From the NCBI GenBank assembly GCA_034932745.1, contig JAYFOJ010000003.1, positions 80,307-144,306 of the forward strand: 64,000 bases of DNA, given 5' to 3'. The DNA is from Erysipelotrichaceae bacterium. Lineage in GTDB: Bacteria; Bacillota_I; Bacilli_A; RFN20; CAG-826. The first letter of the stretch is position 1; each line of letters begins with the position of its first letter. Shown piece by piece: positions 47,065 to 58,949 of this stretch. The notes under the pieces were generated by a model, which saw only the letters and a list, made by a program, of their open reading frames with translations, searched no databases and was not told the origin of the DNA. A program made the translations under genes and the position numbers.

Positions 47065-48120
47065 ATGAACAAACGAGAAAAAACAAAACGTATTAACGTC
47101 GGAAGCGTTGCTTTAGGGCATCAAAACAAAGTTGTGATTCAATCGATGTGTAATATTAAAACAGAACATGTCGACGAGGTTTCCGCGCAAATTAGTCGCT
47201 GTGCTAACTTAGGCGCAGAAATCATGCGTGTTTCAATCATGGACGAAAAAGATGCACTAGCGATTAAATTAATTAAAGAAAAAGTTAAAGTTCCGTTGGT
47301 CGCCGATATTCATTTCGATTATCGCCTTGCGCTTTTAGCAATGGAAAACGGATGTGACGCCATCAGAATCAATCCGGGAAATATTGGGTCTATTGATAAA
47401 ATAAGAAAAGTAGTCGATATGGCCAAGGCTAAGAAAATAGCGATTAGAATCGGAGTAAACTCTGGTTCTTTAGATACTTCAATTCATGATTATTCGGCCA
47501 TGTATACCGCAAAAGAAATGGTCGAGTCGGCTGCGAAACACATTGCGATACTTGAAGATATGGGATTTACAGATATCGTTTTATCTTTAAAAGGCTCAAA
47601 CGTCTTAGAAACCGTCGAAGCTTATCGATTAGCGAGTAAGCGATTCCCTTTATATCCGTTACATTTAGGTATAACCGAAGCAGGGACAAAGGATATTTCG
47701 CTAATTAGAAGTACCGCTGGATTGGCACCTCTTCTCTTAGAAGGAATCGGAGATACTATTAGAATTTCAATCTCTGGAGATCCATGTGATGAGGTTATAG
47801 CCTCAAAACGTCTTCTACATGATGTCGGCCTTTACCCTGATTATCCTACCTTGGTATCTTGTCCTACTTGTGGCCGTACTCAAGTGGACGTCGTCAAAAT
47901 GTCTGAAATGGTTCTAGAATATCTAGAAACGATTAAAAAGCCAATTCATGTCGCCGTAATGGGTTGTGCTGTAAACGGACCTGGCGAAGCAAAAAATGCT
48001 GATATCGGTATCGCTGGAGGCGTTCACGAGTATCTAATTTTTAAAAAGGGTAAAATTATTAAAAAAGTTCCAGAAGCCGAGGCTTTTGAAACTTTGAAAA
48101 AAGAAATAGATAGTTTTTAA
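47065..48120 (+). CDS. ispG: HMBPP synthase IspG
   Basis: 351 aa, GcpE family. Confidence 0.9.
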   Translation: MNKREKTKRINVGSVALGHQNKVVIQSMCNIKTEHVDEVSAQISRCANLGAEIMRVSIMDEKDALAIKLIKEKVKVPLVADIHFDYRLALLAMENGCDAIRINPGNIGSIDKIRKVVDMAKAKKIAIRIGVNSGSLDTSIHDYSAMYTAKEMVESAAKHIAILEDMGFTDIVLSLKGSNVLETVEAYRLASKRFPLYPLHLGITEAGTKDISLIRSTAGLAPLLLEGIGDTIRISISGDPCDEVIASKRLLHDVGLYPDYPTLVSCPTCGRTQVDVVKMSEMVLEYLETIKKPIHVAVMGCAVNGPGEAKNADIGIAGGVHEYLIFKKGKIIKKVPEAEAFETLKKEIDSF

Positions 48121-49004
48121 ATCTTGTCTCTCCAGTTAGGGACGAACTTTTGATTCTTGAACATTTCAATCTCCTCCTTGTAAGGAGGTTTTTCATTATA
48201 ATAAGGAGTTTCAAGAATTTTCGGAACGTTTACAAGCCGTGGATTATTGACGTAGGCGTTTAAAACATCAAAGCCAATCTCGCCATACCCAATATTCTCG
48301 TGGCGATCTTTGTGAGCTCCTCTTATATTTTTACTATCGTTAACGTGAAGAACGAGTAATCTATTCAGTCCGATAATCTTGTCAAAAGAGTCTAATATGC
48401 CTTCGACATCTGTAATATCATAGCCGCCATCGCTCAAGTGACATGTATCCATGCAACATCCAAGGCGATTTTGATTCTTTGATAAGGAAATGATTCTATG
48501 AATCTCTTCAAAGGTCGTTCCAACTTCTGTTCCTTTGCCAGCTAAGGTTTCAAGAGCGATTTTAACATCTGTTCCGTCGCTAGCAAAAACCATGTCTATC
48601 GCTTTAGCGATTGTTTCAATGGCGTGATCGACGCCCAAACCAACATGTGCGCCAGGATGAAGCACAAGAGTTTTACATCCGAACCCATGGACTCTTTGCA
48701 ACTCTGTACGAATAAACTTGATTGCACTATTCCACTTATCTAAATCGCTATCATTTGCTAAATTTACTATGTAAGGAGCGTGAACAACAATCTTTGTCTC
48801 ATCGATTGCAGATTTTTTAATCAGTTCTCTTCCCTCTTTAATTTTTAGTTCATCTAGAGATTTACGAAGAGAATTTTGTGGCGCCCCAGTATAGAACATG
48901 AAAGTTGTTTCACCATAGCTTAGGGCTTCTTCAACCGTTCCTAAGTAAAAATCAGGAGCGCTAAGTCCACAATGACTACCAATTAATAGTTTCTTATCTG
49001 CCAT
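48117..49004 (-). CDS. nfo: Endonuclease IV
   Basis: AP endonuclease family 2; start MADKK after an AAGAGG SD. Confidence 0.85.
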   Translation of the reverse strand: MADKKLLIGSHCGLSAPDFYLGTVEEALSYGETTFMFYTGAPQNSLRKSLDELKIKEGRELIKKSAIDETKIVVHAPYIVNLANDSDLDKWNSAIKFIRTELQRVHGFGCKTLVLHPGAHVGLGVDHAIETIAKAIDMVFASDGTDVKIALETLAGKGTEVGTTFEEIHRIISLSKNQNRLGCCMDTCHLSDGGYDITDVEGILDSFDKIIGLNRLLVLHVNDSKNIRGAHKDRHENIGYGEIGFDVLNAYVNNPRLVNVPKILETPYYNEKPPYKEEIEMFKNQKFVPNWRDKI

Positions 49005-50355
49005 TTTTAGATTCCTCTTTATATCTTTCAACTTGTTGACGTCTAATATCTTTTTTTATCATCTCGCGACGATGCTTGCGGATAACTTTTTCCTTGGCTA
49101 ATCTAATTTTTTTCTTATAATTAGGCTTAACTTTATTAGTTCTAGCTTTGCTGGTAGCAATTTTAATTTCTTTATCCAATTCCGTAACTGGTCTTGGTCT
49201 TTGACGATTCTTACGATAATCCGGACCTTCGTCTTCGACAAAGTCATCGTTCTTATACGCTAGCCATTTAAACGAAACACCTAAACTCTGAAGTTTGCTA
49301 ATCTTTGATAGTGTATCAACATTATACAGAGTGTAACATTCGCCATTTTTATTCATTCTTCCGGTTCTGCCGGCGCGATGAAAATAATACTCAGTTTCAT
49401 TTGGTAAATCGAAGTTTAAAACTGTCGATACATCCTGAATATCAATTCCCCTAGCGGCTATGTCTGAACAAACAACGACATTAAATTCGCCACTCTTGAC
49501 CCTTTTCATCATCGACTTTCTTTGTCTGCTCTCGAGGTCGCCATGTATGATTCCACATTTAATACCTTTATCGTGGAGATAATGATATAAATCATTAACT
49601 TCATCTTTTCTTGAGCAGAATATCAAAAGAAGATATGGATTCTTAATTCTTATAAAGCTCTCGACGACATCGTTTATATCCTTGTGCTTTCGATCAATAG
49701 CATAGTGAGTAACGGTTATAGCAGTTTTAGCTTTGCTATTTATTTGAATGATTTTTTCTGGTTCAGTATACTTTTCGATATCATTTTTTAACTTTTGTGG
49801 ATATGTAGCAGAGAAAACCATTACTTGTGGATTATTAATTGAAGTGACAATCGAATCGATATCTTGAAAATATCCCATTTCCATCATCATGTCAGCTTCA
49901 TCAATCACTAACGCTGCGCTTTGACTAATTTCCACCAACTTATCTCTGATAAGAAGGTCATTTAATCTTCCGGGAGTTCCGATAAATATATGGGCGGAAT
50001 TGCCAACGCTTTTTTCTTGTTTTTGGCGATCTGTTCCACTAGTAACGAGTTTAACTTTTAAACCTGGAATGTAATTAGCTAGTTGGATGGCAAAATCATA
50101 CGTTTGCTTTGCAAGTTCTCTAGTTGGAGACATGATAATGCCTTGCACATCATTCCTATTTATATCAATATTATTGATAATAGGTATAAGAAAAGAATGC
50201 GTCTTCCCGCTGCCAGTTTCGGATTGCACGACTAAACTATTTCTTTTGAGAGCGCCAGGTATAACGGCACTTTGAACTGGGGTAGTTTCTTGATACCCCA
50301 TCTTGTCTAGAGCATTTATAATGCTCTTTTTTAATGAGAACGAGTTAAATTTCAT
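48994..50355 (-). CDS. cshB: DEAD-box RNA helicase (CshB-like)
   Basis: Motifs GSGKT, DEAD and SAT; adjacent to nfo as in B. subtilis. Confidence 0.85.
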   Translation of the reverse strand: MKFNSFSLKKSIINALDKMGYQETTPVQSAVIPGALKRNSLVVQSETGSGKTHSFLIPIINNIDINRNDVQGIIMSPTRELAKQTYDFAIQLANYIPGLKVKLVTSGTDRQKQEKSVGNSAHIFIGTPGRLNDLLIRDKLVEISQSAALVIDEADMMMEMGYFQDIDSIVTSINNPQVMVFSATYPQKLKNDIEKYTEPEKIIQINSKAKTAITVTHYAIDRKHKDINDVVESFIRIKNPYLLLIFCSRKDEVNDLYHYLHDKGIKCGIIHGDLESRQRKSMMKRVKSGEFNVVVCSDIAARGIDIQDVSTVLNFDLPNETEYYFHRAGRTGRMNKNGECYTLYNVDTLSKISKLQSLGVSFKWLAYKNDDFVEDEGPDYRKNRQRPRPVTELDKEIKIATSKARTNKVKPNYKKKIRLAKEKVIRKHRREMIKKDIRRQQVERYKEESKNGR

Positions 50356-50431
50356 AATATTTACTTCCGAATGTAATTATACTAAATGCAGCAGTCCTTT
50401 ACTATGTAAAATATGGTAGAATGTCTTAGAA

Positions 50432-51310
50432 ATGAAAATTACAATCTTAAAACCAACCGCATATTGTGCTGGAGTTACGTCAGCTATTGAGATAGCGAAA
50501 AAAGCAAAAAAAGAGCACCCAAATAGTGCCGTTTATGTCATTGGAATGCTAGTTCATAATGACGATGTAATTAATAAATTAAGCAATGACGGAATAACTA
50601 CGTTATTTGATAATAGAAAAACATATTTGGAACTACTAGCAGAAGTTCCTAATCGATCTATTGTTGTTTTCTCTGCTCACGGGCACGACATAAGAATGAA
50701 TCATTTAGCGAAAAAGAAAGAGTTAATCGTCTACGATGCTATTTGTCCTCGTGTAAAAAGGAATTTAGATGCTATTAAAAGAGCTTTAGATAAAGGGAGT
50801 CTGGTTATCTATATAGGACAAGTAAATCATCCAGAAACAATTGGTGCTTTATCCTTATCAAAAGACGTTATTTTATATAATGATAAATTACTTAAAAACA
50901 ACCAAAAAACTACTAATAGGTCAATTTTTGTCATTAATCAAACAACTCTTAACTATTTGGATTTAAAGGTTGTTTTCGATAAGATAATCGAGGCTTTTCC
51001 TGGTGCAACTATTGAAGGAGAAGTATGCTCCGCCGCTCGTTTAAGACAAGAATCTATTATCAATTTAGACAAGAGCGTCGACGCCATTATAGTCGTCGGC
51101 TCTTTAAAGAGTAGCAACACAAACAAATTGTTCGAAATAGCTAAGCATGCCCATAAAGAAGCATTATCGATAATGATCGAGCATTTAGATGAGTTAAAAT
51201 GCATTGATTTACATAGTAAAAAACACGTCGCTATTTCTAGTGGAGCATCTACTCCAATAGAAACAATCGACGCGATTTATGAATATTTAGATTCTAATTA
51301 TAATCGTTAG
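50432..51310 (+). CDS. ispH: HMBPP reductase IspH
   Basis: 292 aa, LytB family. Confidence 0.9.
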   Translation: MKITILKPTAYCAGVTSAIEIAKKAKKEHPNSAVYVIGMLVHNDDVINKLSNDGITTLFDNRKTYLELLAEVPNRSIVVFSAHGHDIRMNHLAKKKELIVYDAICPRVKRNLDAIKRALDKGSLVIYIGQVNHPETIGALSLSKDVILYNDKLLKNNQKTTNRSIFVINQTTLNYLDLKVVFDKIIEAFPGATIEGEVCSAARLRQESIINLDKSVDAIIVVGSLKSSNTNKLFEIAKHAHKEALSIMIEHLDELKCIDLHSKKHVAISSGASTPIETIDAIYEYLDSNYNR

Positions 51311-52074
51311 ACAACGATTGGAAGTTGCTCGTGATCGACAATAATGATCTTTAGGCTAGAGTCGTAACTATGGAGAAGTTCTTCCATTGTTTTCATAAAT
51401 ATCTTCTCTATCTCATGTGGCAAATCGAGATAATTATATTTTGCTCTTACGATATCTCTTCTTACGTGATGCGGAGCATCTCCAGAAATATAAATGTCCA
51501 TTCCTGCGTCCCTTGCAATCCACCAATCGTGTGAGCCGCCGCCGCCAATAATTCCAACGGAAGATATCTTTTTCACTCCACTATTGACCAATAGACCATA
51601 GCTGACATTTAATTTTCTTTTGGCATATTCGACGAAGTCGACAATCGCCATCGGCTTATCAAGATATCCACATCGCATCATCGGCTCTGATTCAGGTGAA
51701 AAGACATTCTTTAAGTCTAAAGCTTTGCTTAAGGCATCATTCATTCCGCCTTTTCCTTCATCAAAATTAGTGTGAATCGAGTAAACAGGTATATCTAATG
51801 ACGTAATTTTCTCATAGAGAATTCTTTTGTTTTCATCAGCCTTTAGTACTTTAGCCTTTGAGCCAAAGATAAAAGGGTGATGGGAAATAATAAGATCTGG
51901 TTTTTTAGCTAATGCAAATTCGTAAACTTCTTCGTCAAAATCTAAACAAAGCATGACTGTTTTGACTTCTTCTTTTAACTTCCCCGCCATCAAACCGACG
52001 TAGTCGTGGTTTCTTTTTGCGAGTCTTTTGGGAAACCTTTTAGCGAGTTTAGAGATTAATGTTTTGGTTTTCAT
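51307..52074 (-). CDS. NIF3-family protein YqfO
   Basis: LIISHHPFIF motif; 255 aa. Confidence 0.8.
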   Translation of the reverse strand: MKTKTLISKLAKRFPKRLAKRNHDYVGLMAGKLKEEVKTVMLCLDFDEEVYEFALAKKPDLIISHHPFIFGSKAKVLKADENKRILYEKITSLDIPVYSIHTNFDEGKGGMNDALSKALDLKNVFSPESEPMMRCGYLDKPMAIVDFVEYAKRKLNVSYGLLVNSGVKKISSVGIIGGGGSHDWWIARDAGMDIYISGDAPHHVRRDIVRAKYNYLDLPHEIEKIFMKTMEELLHSYDSSLKIIIVDHEQLPIVV

Positions 52075-52730
52075 AAAATGCTTTTAATTCTCCTTTTTTC
52101 TTCTTTGAGTTCGGTTACTCTAGTTTTATCGATATCTTTTGTTTCAATTAATCCATCAATCGATTTGATTCTGGATTCGTGTTTCTCTTTAAAAACAATC
52201 GATTTTTCTTTCCTTAAAACTGGTCCGAATTCTTTATCTAATTCTGAAAGAAAGGCAATATCAGCTTTGCTGAATTTAATTATTTCATAGAATTTGCCAC
52301 ATTCTTCGACCATCTCTTCGTCGCTTATCATATAACCGAGTCTTGTTACTTCATCTCGTAATTCTGGAACAGCATTATGAGCATCGACGATAATTGTTTT
52401 AACATTAGCGAGTTTTAAAACGTCTTTTTTTAAGATCTCGACGATTAGGTGTCCACCCATCCCGGCGATGATTACTGTGCTAACAACGCTAGGAATATCA
52501 GATATTCCATCGCTTAACAATACATCTATCTTACCGCTTAGATTAACGTCTTCAACGGCTTTTTTAAGTCTTTCAAAAGGACCTTTCTTGTTTTCGATGG
52601 CGTAGCCATGTGAGGCAATTCCATTCAATACAAGTGCAATAATGAGTTTCCCGTGATCCGCTCCAACATCTGCAACGACGCTCGATGGAACCATGTCATA
52701 TATAGCAAGTAGTCTTTTTGAAAGTTTCAT
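52071..52730 (-). CDS. trmK: tRNA (adenine22-N1)-methyltransferase TrmK
   Basis: ADVGADHGKL SAM motif; synteny with sigA. Confidence 0.8.
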   Translation of the reverse strand: MKLSKRLLAIYDMVPSSVVADVGADHGKLIIALVLNGIASHGYAIENKKGPFERLKKAVEDVNLSGKIDVLLSDGISDIPSVVSTVIIAGMGGHLIVEILKKDVLKLANVKTIIVDAHNAVPELRDEVTRLGYMISDEEMVEECGKFYEIIKFSKADIAFLSELDKEFGPVLRKEKSIVFKEKHESRIKSIDGLIETKDIDKTRVTELKEEKRRIKSIL

Positions 52731-52732
52731 AT

Positions 52733-54079
52733 TTATAGTTTATTGCGATAATCTCCGAGTTTCTTTGCTCTTGTTGGGTGTCTTAATTTGCGAATCGCTT
52801 TCGCTTCAATTTGTCTAATTCTTTCTCTTGTAACTCCAAACTCTTTACCAACTTCTTCGAGAGTTCTTGGGCGATTATCATCTAAACCGTAACGGAGTCT
52901 TATAACTCGCTCCTCGCGGTCTGTTAAGTCCTTTAAAATTGAATATAACTCTTCTTTTAAGAGTTGTTTAGTCGTAAATTCACTCGGAGACTCCGATTCT
53001 TTGTCTTCGATAAAATCCCCTAAGTGTGAATCGTCTTCTTCGCCAATTGGAGTTTCCAAAGAAACTGGTTCCATGGCAATTCTTTGAATCTCGCGAATTC
53101 TCTTTGGTGACAAAGCACCTTCGAGGGCATCGCTTATTTCTTCTGCAGTTGGTTCACGACCTAAGTCTTGGACTAGTTGTCTTTGAACTCTTGTCATTTT
53201 ATTAATCGTCTCGACCATGTGCACCGGGATACGAATCGTACGAGCTTGGTCTGCTATTGCACGAGTGATAGCCTGTCTAATCCACCACGTCGCATAAGTT
53301 GAAAACTTATAACCTTTCGTATAATCAAATTTATCGACAGCTTTCATTAGACCTAGATTGCCTTCTTGAATCAAATCCAAAAACAACATTCCACGACCAA
53401 CATAGTGCTTAGCAATATTAACAACTAATCTCAAGTTAGCGTTTATCAATCTTTGTTTTGCTTCTTGGTCACCTTCGAGAATGCGTTTTGCTAAAATCGG
53501 TTCATCCTCAGGTTTTAAAAGATCATATTTGCCTATCTCTTTGAGATACATCTTCACGGAGTCATTTACGCGAACTTCACCTGCCATGATGTTTCCAAAG
53601 TGATCAATCTCTTCGATTTCTTGAACTTCAGGGTCTTCGACCACCCCTTCTTCTGGTTCGAGAAATTCTTCGACTTCATCAGGATTAGCGTCTAAAGGAA
53701 TTTTACTATCGTCGATTTCTTCCTCTTTCTCTTCTTCCTCTTCGAGGTCGTCGCTAGTGATTTCGATATCTTTGCTTTTGAAGAAACTTATGAGATCTTC
53801 TACGACATTATCGTCTAATTCATATTCATTTAGGGCGTCATATATTTCACTTTGGTCGATGAAGCCTTGTGCTTTGGCTTTCTTCAAGAGTTTCGCTTCA
53901 ACTTCTTCAAGAGTAGCTATGCTAGAATCGATTTTTTTCTTTTTTGACGCTTTGGCCTTTTTCACTTTTTCTTTTGGTTCTTGGACTTTCTTTGATTTAG
54001 GAGCCTCGGCTTTCTTTGCCTTAGTTTCTAAAATCTTTTTCGCTTTCGCAGTCATTTCTTGCTTCTTCTTTGCCGCCAT
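52733..54079 (-). CDS. sigA: RNA polymerase sigma factor SigA/RpoD
   Basis: Regions 2-4; acidic N-terminus; 448 aa. Confidence 0.95.
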   Translation of the reverse strand: MAAKKKQEMTAKAKKILETKAKKAEAPKSKKVQEPKEKVKKAKASKKKKIDSSIATLEEVEAKLLKKAKAQGFIDQSEIYDALNEYELDDNVVEDLISFFKSKDIEITSDDLEEEEEKEEEIDDSKIPLDANPDEVEEFLEPEEGVVEDPEVQEIEEIDHFGNIMAGEVRVNDSVKMYLKEIGKYDLLKPEDEPILAKRILEGDQEAKQRLINANLRLVVNIAKHYVGRGMLFLDLIQEGNLGLMKAVDKFDYTKGYKFSTYATWWIRQAITRAIADQARTIRIPVHMVETINKMTRVQRQLVQDLGREPTAEEISDALEGALSPKRIREIQRIAMEPVSLETPIGEEDDSHLGDFIEDKESESPSEFTTKQLLKEELYSILKDLTDREERVIRLRYGLDDNRPRTLEEVGKEFGVTRERIRQIEAKAIRKLRHPTRAKKLGDYRNKL

Positions 54080-54090
54080 AATGATTCTCC

Positions 54091-55875
54091 TTAATCCTTT
54101 TTCTTCATCTTGCGCCGATTCCAGTCGGCGATAATTCGAGCTTTTTCTAATTCATCTTTACCTTGTAACATCCTTTCAAGAAGCGATTCGTCGTACATCT
54201 TTTTTTCTTCTTCCTTAATCGTTTTTAGGATGCTATCTAGATAATCTTCGTTGCAATTACTCGGGTGATTTCTTTCGAAAGAAATATCCGTTAATTCCCT
54301 TATTAACTCATCTGAACGCGGATCACCGCTTATTTCAATTGATGAGATGAGCCCATTAACATCTATTGCATTATTGTTTTTAACATAATCCACTACGTAA
54401 TCGGCGATTCGACGATACACTTCATCGAAGAAAGACTCGATTTTTGCCTCGTAAAAGGCCACCGCAGACGCGTTATTAATCATTTGGTATAAAATCTCAC
54501 GCTCAGCAAGTTCGAATCTCCTAATGGCCTTTCTTTCAGGATGGAAATTATTAAAAACATCTTCCTTTTCGTCTTCGCTTTTATTTCTAGCACTTCTTAC
54601 CAAATCTTTAATTGCTTCGGCTTCAAATTTGGTAATCGCTGAAAGTTTACGCAAGTAATTATCAAATTCGAGCGCTGATTTAATCGAGACAAGAATTGGC
54701 AAAAATTTCTTAACTAATTCTTTTCTTTCGATGATTGTCGTAACTGGTGAGGTTTGAAGGTAGTAATTAAAAGCGAAATCTAATGGCGAGATTAGATTAT
54801 TCAAATAGCGCTTAAGCGCTAATTCGCCATCTTCATTTAAGATTTCATCTGGATCTTTGTCGCTACCACCATTATCGACTATTTGGTAATTAATACCGGT
54901 GTCTTTCATCTGGTCGATGATTTTCATTTCGGCCATTTGACCAGGCTTATCGCCATCGAGACAGAATCTTAGTTCGACGTTAAGACTCCTTAACATCCTA
55001 ATGTGCTCTTGGGTAAACGCAGTTCCCATTAGTGCAACTGCAGAATGAATACCAATTCTCTCTAATGCGAATACATCCATAAAACCTTCTAGGATGTAGA
55101 TATAACCTTCCCGTTTGGCGAATTGCTTGGCATTATGAAAATTGTAAAGAATATCAGATTTATGAAATAACTTAGTCTCTGGCGAATTTACGTATTTAGG
55201 CGAATCGTCATCGACTAAACGTCTAGCACTATATCCGATTACTTGTCCATCTTGATCAGCAATTGGGAATATCACTCTACCAGCATTTTTATCGGTGAAA
55301 TTCGCACCGCTTCCACCAGCAATACCAATTAATTCAATTGTTCTTAATGAATTTCCCTTTGATTGTAAAAAGTTACAAGTGGCTTTGCCATCTTTAAAAG
55401 AATAGCCGAGTTGGAACTTCTTCCTTATGTCAGCGTTTAAAAAACGCTTTTCAAAATAATCTAGACCATCTTTTCCTTCTTCTGTTGCTAGAGCGTATTG
55501 ATAATATGTTGTTAAGTCATTAAGACACTTTTTTAAAGGGGTTAGTTCGTCGTCTATCGGTTCTTTACTTACCGGTTTCAGTAAACGATCATCGTGAAAA
55601 CCCGATATTTCTGCAACTTTACGCATCGCATCGAAAAACGATATGTGCTCATAAAGTTCTACGAACTTAATGGCGTTTCCACCAGTTCCACAAACGAAAC
55701 ACTTAAATATTTGTTTTTCTTGGCTAATTTGCATCGAAGGATTTTTGTCGTCGTGAAAAGGACATAGGGCGACATAATTACGACCCTTTTGTTTAACTTC
55801 AATGTAACTCGAAATGACGTCAACTATGTTGGCGTGCTTGAGAACATCGTTTATTAAGTTAATGTCAAACGCCAT
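54091..55875 (-). CDS. dnaG: DNA primase
   Basis: Zn finger [10 protein letters not shown]; Toprim domain; 594 aa. Confidence 0.95.
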   Translation of the reverse strand: MAFDINLINDVLKHANIVDVISSYIEVKQKGRNYVALCPFHDDKNPSMQISQEKQIFKCFVCGTGGNAIKFVELYEHISFFDAMRKVAEISGFHDDRLLKPVSKEPIDDELTPLKKCLNDLTTYYQYALATEEGKDGLDYFEKRFLNADIRKKFQLGYSFKDGKATCNFLQSKGNSLRTIELIGIAGGSGANFTDKNAGRVIFPIADQDGQVIGYSARRLVDDDSPKYVNSPETKLFHKSDILYNFHNAKQFAKREGYIYILEGFMDVFALERIGIHSAVALMGTAFTQEHIRMLRSLNVELRFCLDGDKPGQMAEMKIIDQMKDTGINYQIVDNGGSDKDPDEILNEDGELALKRYLNNLISPLDFAFNYYLQTSPVTTIIERKELVKKFLPILVSIKSALEFDNYLRKLSAITKFEAEAIKDLVRSARNKSEDEKEDVFNNFHPERKAIRRFELAEREILYQMINNASAVAFYEAKIESFFDEVYRRIADYVVDYVKNNNAIDVNGLISSIEISGDPRSDELIRELTDISFERNHPSNCNEDYLDSILKTIKEEEKKMYDESLLERMLQGKDELEKARIIADWNRRKMKKKD

Positions 55876-55890
55876 TATTTACCAGTTTCC

Positions 55891-57267
55891 TTAAAAGAAC
55901 ACTTTCACATTGAAATAGCTAATCAATTCATTAATGCTTAGTCTTACTTGTCTCATCGAGTCTCTTTCGCGAACCGTGACGCAGTTATCTTGTAGAGAAT
56001 CAAAATCTACTGTTACACAGAATGGCGTTCCAATTGCGTCTGCGCGGCGATATCTTTTGCCAATACTGCCGGTTTCATCATATGAAACGGAATAATACTT
56101 ACGAAGAATCATTTCGACTTCGTGAGCTTTGTCTTCTAGCTTCTTACTAAGTGGTAACACTGTAATTTTGTATGGTGCCAAAGCCGGAAGCAACCTTAAA
56201 ACGATTCTCGAATCTCCGCCTTCTAATTCCTCTTCGTCGTAGGCATCGCATAATGTCATCAACACTAGACGATCCAGTCCAACCGAAGGTTCGATGCAGA
56301 ATGGAACATATTTTTCGTTTGTTTCAGGATCGAGGTAATCGAGACTTTCACCGCTGAATTCGATGTGTCGTTTTAAATCGTAATCTGTTCTATCGGCGAT
56401 TCCCCATACTTCTCCCCATCCAAATGGAAAGAGATACTCGATATCAGTCGTCGCCTTACTGTAAAATGCTAATTCTTCTTTTTCGTGGTCGCGATAACGC
56501 AAGTGTTCTTGTTTAATTCCAAGATTGCTTAAAAAGCCTAAGCAGAATTTCTTCCAGTAAGCAAACCATTCTAAGTCAGTTCCTGGTTTGCAGAAGAATT
56601 CCATTTCCATTTGATCAAATTCTCTCATTCTAAATGTCATTTGACCTGGAGTAATCTCATTTCTAAAAGCTTTACCAGTATTACAAATACCTAAAGGTAA
56701 TTTTCGTCTTGTTGTTCTTAAAACATTTTTAAAATTAACAAAAACTCCCTGAGCGGTTTCTGGTCTTAAATAAACAACGGACGAACTATCATCGGTAACG
56801 CCGACATGCGTCTTAAACATCATATTGAATTGTCTAATATTAGTAAAATCGCTCTTGCCACAAACTGGACATTTAATGTTGTGTTCATGTATAAAACGAT
56901 CCATTTCTTCGAAGCTCATGCCATTGACATCGACTTCAGGATGAGCGCTTTCAATTAATTGGTCGGCGCGGTGTCTAGCCTTGCAACTCTTACAATCGAT
57001 TAGTGGATCGTTAAAGGTTGTTACGTGGCCTGTTGCTTCCCAAACGCGTGGATTCATTAAAATAGCAGCATCAATCCCAACGTTAGTCGATGATTCTTGA
57101 ACGAATTTCTTCCACCACATTCTTTGAATGTTCTTTTTAATTTCCGAACCGAGATAACCGTAATCCCAGCTATTTGCTAAACCACCATAGATTTCAGAAC
57201 CTGGATAATAAAACCCAGATGTAACCAAATGATTCGTCACTTTGTCGAATGTAAATTTCTTATCCAT
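55891..57267 (-). CDS. glyQS: Glycyl-tRNA synthetase (dimeric class II form)
   Basis: Start at MDKKFTF after a GGAGG SD; 458 aa. Confidence 0.9.
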   Translation of the reverse strand: MDKKFTFDKVTNHLVTSGFYYPGSEIYGGLANSWDYGYLGSEIKKNIQRMWWKKFVQESSTNVGIDAAILMNPRVWEATGHVTTFNDPLIDCKSCKARHRADQLIESAHPEVDVNGMSFEEMDRFIHEHNIKCPVCGKSDFTNIRQFNMMFKTHVGVTDDSSSVVYLRPETAQGVFVNFKNVLRTTRRKLPLGICNTGKAFRNEITPGQMTFRMREFDQMEMEFFCKPGTDLEWFAYWKKFCLGFLSNLGIKQEHLRYRDHEKEELAFYSKATTDIEYLFPFGWGEVWGIADRTDYDLKRHIEFSGESLDYLDPETNEKYVPFCIEPSVGLDRLVLMTLCDAYDEEELEGGDSRIVLRLLPALAPYKITVLPLSKKLEDKAHEVEMILRKYYSVSYDETGSIGKRYRRADAIGTPFCVTVDFDSLQDNCVTVRERDSMRQVRLSINELISYFNVKVFF

Positions 57268-57299
57268 AATACTGTGTGCCTCCAAATGTGCGCTTAAAA

Positions 57300-57329
57300 A
57301 CACTATGCTACGTGCGTGTGAATGTCAAC
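57300..57329 (-). promoter_or_regulatory. Promoter for glyQS (no T-box)
   Basis: Minus strand TTGACA, 18 nt, TAGTGT; only about 80 nt between recO and glyQS. Confidence 0.45.
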
Positions 57330-57348
57330 ATACTATGAGTGTATATTA

Positions 57349-58065
57349 TCAATGTAGAAGAAGCTCAGAACTCTTAATTGTAACCCCTAAATTATCTTTG
57401 ATAAACTCTAAAAACTTACCGAGTATTCTAGTCATTGATTTGGCGTCCACGACAATTGATGTTGTATCTTCGAAATCTTCGGCATTAAAAATATATCTAA
57501 TATATTTCATTTCTTCTTTTGAAAACCCTGATGCAATTTCATCTTGTTGGCAATCGCGGCAAACGAAACCACCATCGACGAAAGAAAAGTCGACGATATC
57601 TGTTTTCTTACCACAAAATACGCAACGATTTACTTCAAAACCATATCCCGCCGCTTTTAAAACATTGGCGAAAACAAGGAGAAGAGTCTGCAAATATTCA
57701 TCGGTTTTTTTAAGACGATAAATAGCGTCTTCTATCCAACTAAATATCTTGTATTTTTCTTCATCTGATAAGCATTTTGATGTCGCTTCATTTATCATTT
57801 GCAAAGATGCCAAATTTTCTAATTTACTGTTTAACGATAATGGCGAAGAAATAACGGAAACCGTTTTCAATACTTTGTATCTCAAACCAGCCCGATCAGA
57901 AAGCTCGATTTCAGCAATCGTCATCGGATTATTGATAATCGAATTGGGATTCTTTGGATTCAAGATTCCCTTTGCCAAAAAAGAAAAAGATTCATTCGCA
58001 GTTATCGCTTGGATAATTGCATCTTTTTCTTTGTATTGAACAATCGATAAAATAATTGCTTTCAT
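57349..58065 (-). CDS. recO: DNA repair protein RecO
   Basis: 238 aa; C-terminal CVFCGKK...CRDC; TGA stop. Confidence 0.85.
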   Translation of the reverse strand: MKAIILSIVQYKEKDAIIQAITANESFSFLAKGILNPKNPNSIINNPMTIAEIELSDRAGLRYKVLKTVSVISSPLSLNSKLENLASLQMINEATSKCLSDEEKYKIFSWIEDAIYRLKKTDEYLQTLLLVFANVLKAAGYGFEVNRCVFCGKKTDIVDFSFVDGGFVCRDCQQDEIASGFSKEEMKYIRYIFNAEDFEDTTSIVVDAKSMTRILGKFLEFIKDNLGVTIKSSELLLH

Positions 58066-58949
58066 TACTCTTTATTATATAAATATCCGAGTTCGTTGAG
58101 GAGCTTTTCGCTATCGCGCCAGTCTTCTCTTACTTTGACTGTTAAATCGAGAAATATATGTTTATCAACGATTCTTTCGATTTCTCTTCGCGAATTAATG
58201 CCAATTTTTTTAATCATTTGACCTTGTTTGCCAATGACGATTGCTTTTTGTGAATCCTTCTCGACAAAAATCGTCGCTTCAATGGTACATTCTTTTTTCT
58301 CGCATTTATATGACGTCACCTTTACCGCTATACAATGCGGAACTTCTTCTTTAAGTATTTTGAGAATTTTTTCTCTGATTATTTCAGAAATTCTAAAAGT
58401 AATATCGCGATCTGTCACCATTTCTTCTGGGTAGTACGCTGGTCCTTCCGGAAGAATTTCGATAATCTTTTTAATCAATAAGTCGACATTAACTTTTTCT
58501 GTGGCAACCGTTTCAACAAAATGTGCATCTGGAAATTCTTTTAAATACTTCTCCTTAAGTTCAGTGATCTTTGTAATCGTCGTTTGATCGATTTTATTAA
58601 ACACAACAAAAAGAGGACAAGTAACACTCAAGTGTTCTTTAAGATATTCGTCTCCTCTACCATATGGAAGAGAGGCGTCTACCATTAAGATAACGGCGTC
58701 GACATCATGGCTTGCGGAATATGCCATTGAATTCATTTCTGACCCTAGTTTTTTAAATGGTTTGTGAATCCCTGGAGTGTCGACAAAAACGATTTGCACT
58801 CCTTCTTTGTTATAGATACCTTTTATATTATTTCTCGTCGTTTGCGATTTATCTGTAACGATTGAAATTTTGGTATTTAAGATAGCGTTTAGAATAGTAG
58901 ATTTACCGACATTTGGACGACCGATAATGGCCACAAATCCGGATTTCAT
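58065..58949 (-). CDS. era: GTPase Era
   Basis: GRPNVGKST; KH domain; 294 aa. Confidence 0.95.
   Translation of the reverse strand: MKSGFVAIIGRPNVGKSTILNAILNTKISIVTDKSQTTRNNIKGIYNKEGVQIVFVDTPGIHKPFKKLGSEMNSMAYSASHDVDAVILMVDASLPYGRGDEYLKEHLSVTCPLFVVFNKIDQTTITKITELKEKYLKEFPDAHFVETVATEKVNVDLLIKKIIEILPEGPAYYPEEMVTDRDITFRISEIIREKILKILKEEVPHCIAVKVTSYKCEKKECTIEATIFVEKDSQKAIVIGKQGQMIKKIGINSRREIERIVDKHIFLDLTVKVREDWRDSEKLLNELGYLYNKE

Noticed and set aside
57349-57351. Possibility of a Mollicutes genetic code with TGA read as Trp
   Set aside because: recO terminates at TGA exactly where the homologue ends, and no conserved gene requires TGA read-through. The standard code is in use.
57242-57721. 159-aa + strand ORF across glyQS and recO
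   Set aside because: It spans two conserved minus-strand genes and their promoter. Not credible.
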